Program-made: the position numbers and the translations under genes
Shown here: positions 62,619 to 64,000 of the stretch, in pieces
How the letters are laid out: each line of letters starts with the position of its first letter
How positions within the stretch are numbered: position 1 is the stretch's first letter
Source: an uncultured Phycisphaerales bacterium
GTDB lineage: Bacteria > Planctomycetota > Phycisphaerae > Tepidisphaerales > Tepidisphaeraceae
Assembly (NCBI GenBank): GCA_963844715.1
Contig: CAWJPJ010000004.1
Location: 64,001-128,000, forward strand
Direction: 5' to 3'
DNA length: 64,000 bases
The notes under the pieces: model-generated
The model's database searches: none
What the model saw: the letters and a program-made list of their open reading frames with translations, nothing else
What the model was told of the DNA's origin: nothing

Positions 62619-62925
62619 AGGCTTGACCGTCGCTGGCCGCGGGATCATGGGCGGGATTTCGATTCCGGGCCCAACGGTTCGATCGGCTGCCGGGTTCTAC
62701 GCGGCGCATTGGCGGCGATGGTTGCGCTTATGCGAGACGTTAGTCTGGGGGGTGGAAAATGGTCAATGTTTGAACTTTGGCGCGGGGGGGAATTGTGGGA
62801 GGTTGGAGGGTCGATCTGGTGGCGGAAAGCCCCGGCGGATGGCCCTTCGATGGACTCAGGGCAGGCCATCCGTCGGCTTTGTCAGGGGGCGCGGGGGCGG
62901 ATTCGGCGGCGAAATCGGGGAACAC

Positions 62926-62973
62926 TTTACAACTTGCGAAAGCGAGGTAGAATTTAACTATCTGGTTAGTTAA
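62926..62973 (+). promoter_or_regulatory. Putative promoter (TTTACA-N16-TAGAAT) with adjacent palindromic operator TTAACTA-N6-TAGTTAA
   Basis: Perfect 7-bp inverted repeat at 62954-62973 immediately before the TetR start. Confidence 0.65.
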
Positions 62974-62976
62974 TTT

Positions 62977-63636
62977 ATGGGTTCCGCGATGCTGAAAACT
63001 AGGGCGATTCCGGCGGGGAGAAGGCAGGGGACGCGCGCGGCGATTCTTGCGGCGGCGGGGAGTATCTTTGCCAAATCGGGGCTTGCGGGGGCACGGACGG
63101 ATTCCATCGCCGCGGCGGCGGGCGTTAATAAGGCGCTACTCTATTACTACTTCGACAGTAAGGAGTCGCTTTACGAAGCCGTCGTTGAGGAGCATTTCAG
63201 CGAATTCAATCAGCGGGCTTTGGAGATTTTGAATTCGCCGGGGTCCGCGCGGGAGGCGCTGCTTCGATATGTCACGATGCACGTGGATTTCATCAGCCAT
63301 CGGCATCAATCGGCGCCGCTGTTTCAGCAGGTGATGATGAGCCGGAGCAAATTTCTGGAACGGCTTATTCGCAAATATTTTGCGGCGCACGGGGAGGCAT
63401 TGGGAAGACTGATTGATCGGGGCGTTCGCGGCGGGGAATTTCGGCGGGTTGATCCGTTTCATGCGTCGGTGTCGATCGTTTCATTGATTGTGTTCTATTT
63501 TACGGCGGCGCCGGTTTTGAAATTGCTGGGACGGCGCGACGCGTACACCGCCGCGAATCTTAAACGACGCAAACAGGAAGTCGTTGAATTCATTCGGCAC
63601 GGGTTATTTGCCGATTCAAACTCCAAATCATTATGA
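62977..63636 (+). CDS. TetR/AcrR family regulator
   Basis: ILAAAGSIFAKSGLAGARTDSIAAAAGVNKALLYYYFDSKESLY HTH. Confidence 0.93.
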   Translation: MGSAMLKTRAIPAGRRQGTRAAILAAAGSIFAKSGLAGARTDSIAAAAGVNKALLYYYFDSKESLYEAVVEEHFSEFNQRALEILNSPGSAREALLRYVTMHVDFISHRHQSAPLFQQVMMSRSKFLERLIRKYFAAHGEALGRLIDRGVRGGEFRRVDPFHASVSIVSLIVFYFTAAPVLKLLGRRDAYTAANLKRRKQEVVEFIRHGLFADSNSKSL

Positions 63637-64000
63637 ATAAACGAAGGCTGTTCATTCTTCTGGCTCTGGTGCTCGTGGGCGGGTGGGTTCTTTATTATTT
63701 TCTCACCCGGGAGCCGCGGCAGCTTACGCTTACGGGGATTGTTACGACCGACGAGGTGACGGTTAGTTCGCAAATCGAGGGTCGATTGCAGGACCTGGAC
63801 GTGCAGCAGGGGGATGTTGTTCCTGCCGGGCAATTGCTGGCTGTTATTCAACCTGAGGAGCAGCTTGCGGATGCCGCGTATTATGACAGAACGGCGGAGC
63901 AGATGGCGATGCAGGTGAAGCAAGCCGAGTCCGATTTGGAAAACGCCAGGCTGACTTACGAGAGAGATGAGCCGCTTTACAAGCAGCAAGCCATTTCCGA
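63633..64000 (+). CDS. HlyD family efflux periplasmic adaptor (3'-truncated by the window)
   Basis: N-terminal TM, LTGIVTTDEVTVSSQIEGRLQDLDVQQGDVV..GQLLA biotinyl-lipoyl-like motif. Confidence 0.85.
   Translation, partial: MNKRRLFILLALVLVGGWVLYYFLTREPRQLTLTGIVTTDEVTVSSQIEGRLQDLDVQQGDVVPAGQLLAVIQPEEQLADAAYYDRTAEQMAMQVKQAESDLENARLTYERDEPLYKQQAIS

Overview
High-GC bacterial chromosome segment, most likely Planctomycetota (Phycisphaerae/Tepidisphaera-like). That assignment is inferred from a prepilin/H-X-DG protein, a C-terminal CGYDLRATPERCPE zinc-ribbon protein and a C-terminally extended ECF sigma factor. Many single-base frameshifts, including in infB, murD, ctaD and ppk1, indicate uncorrected long-read indel errors rather than pseudogenes. 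Content in order: alternative complex III (actCDEF+G), SCO and an A2-type caa3 cytochrome c oxidase operon; a repeat-rich accessory patch; UDP-glucuronate decarboxylase and GT2; DUF151, P-II and a Tat-exported PaoABC-like molybdoenzyme with a Cys-rich protein and DUF1326; a Cache-HAMP-PAS-GGDEF-EAL protein; Zn-finger RNase HI and a broken four-helix-bundle gene; a decayed ~1.67-kb islet at tRNA-Pro bounded by a 12-bp att repeat (DUF488, DUF4326); an ARMT1-like phosphatase; an aldo/keto reductase interrupted by an IS5-family element; a sugar ABC ATPase; nusA-infB-DUF503-rbfA-hisG-TPR-yebC; an ECF sigma; an internal-prepilin fusion; murD, pyrF, ppk1; three tandem GT39-like paralogues; tRNA-Thr; an APC permease; TetR-HlyD. 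The most unusual signal is non-coding. The intergenic DNA holds several short-repeat families that are polarised relative to stop and start codons, occur in empty and cargo-filled forms, and nest inside one another, in one case with an apparent 4-bp target duplication.
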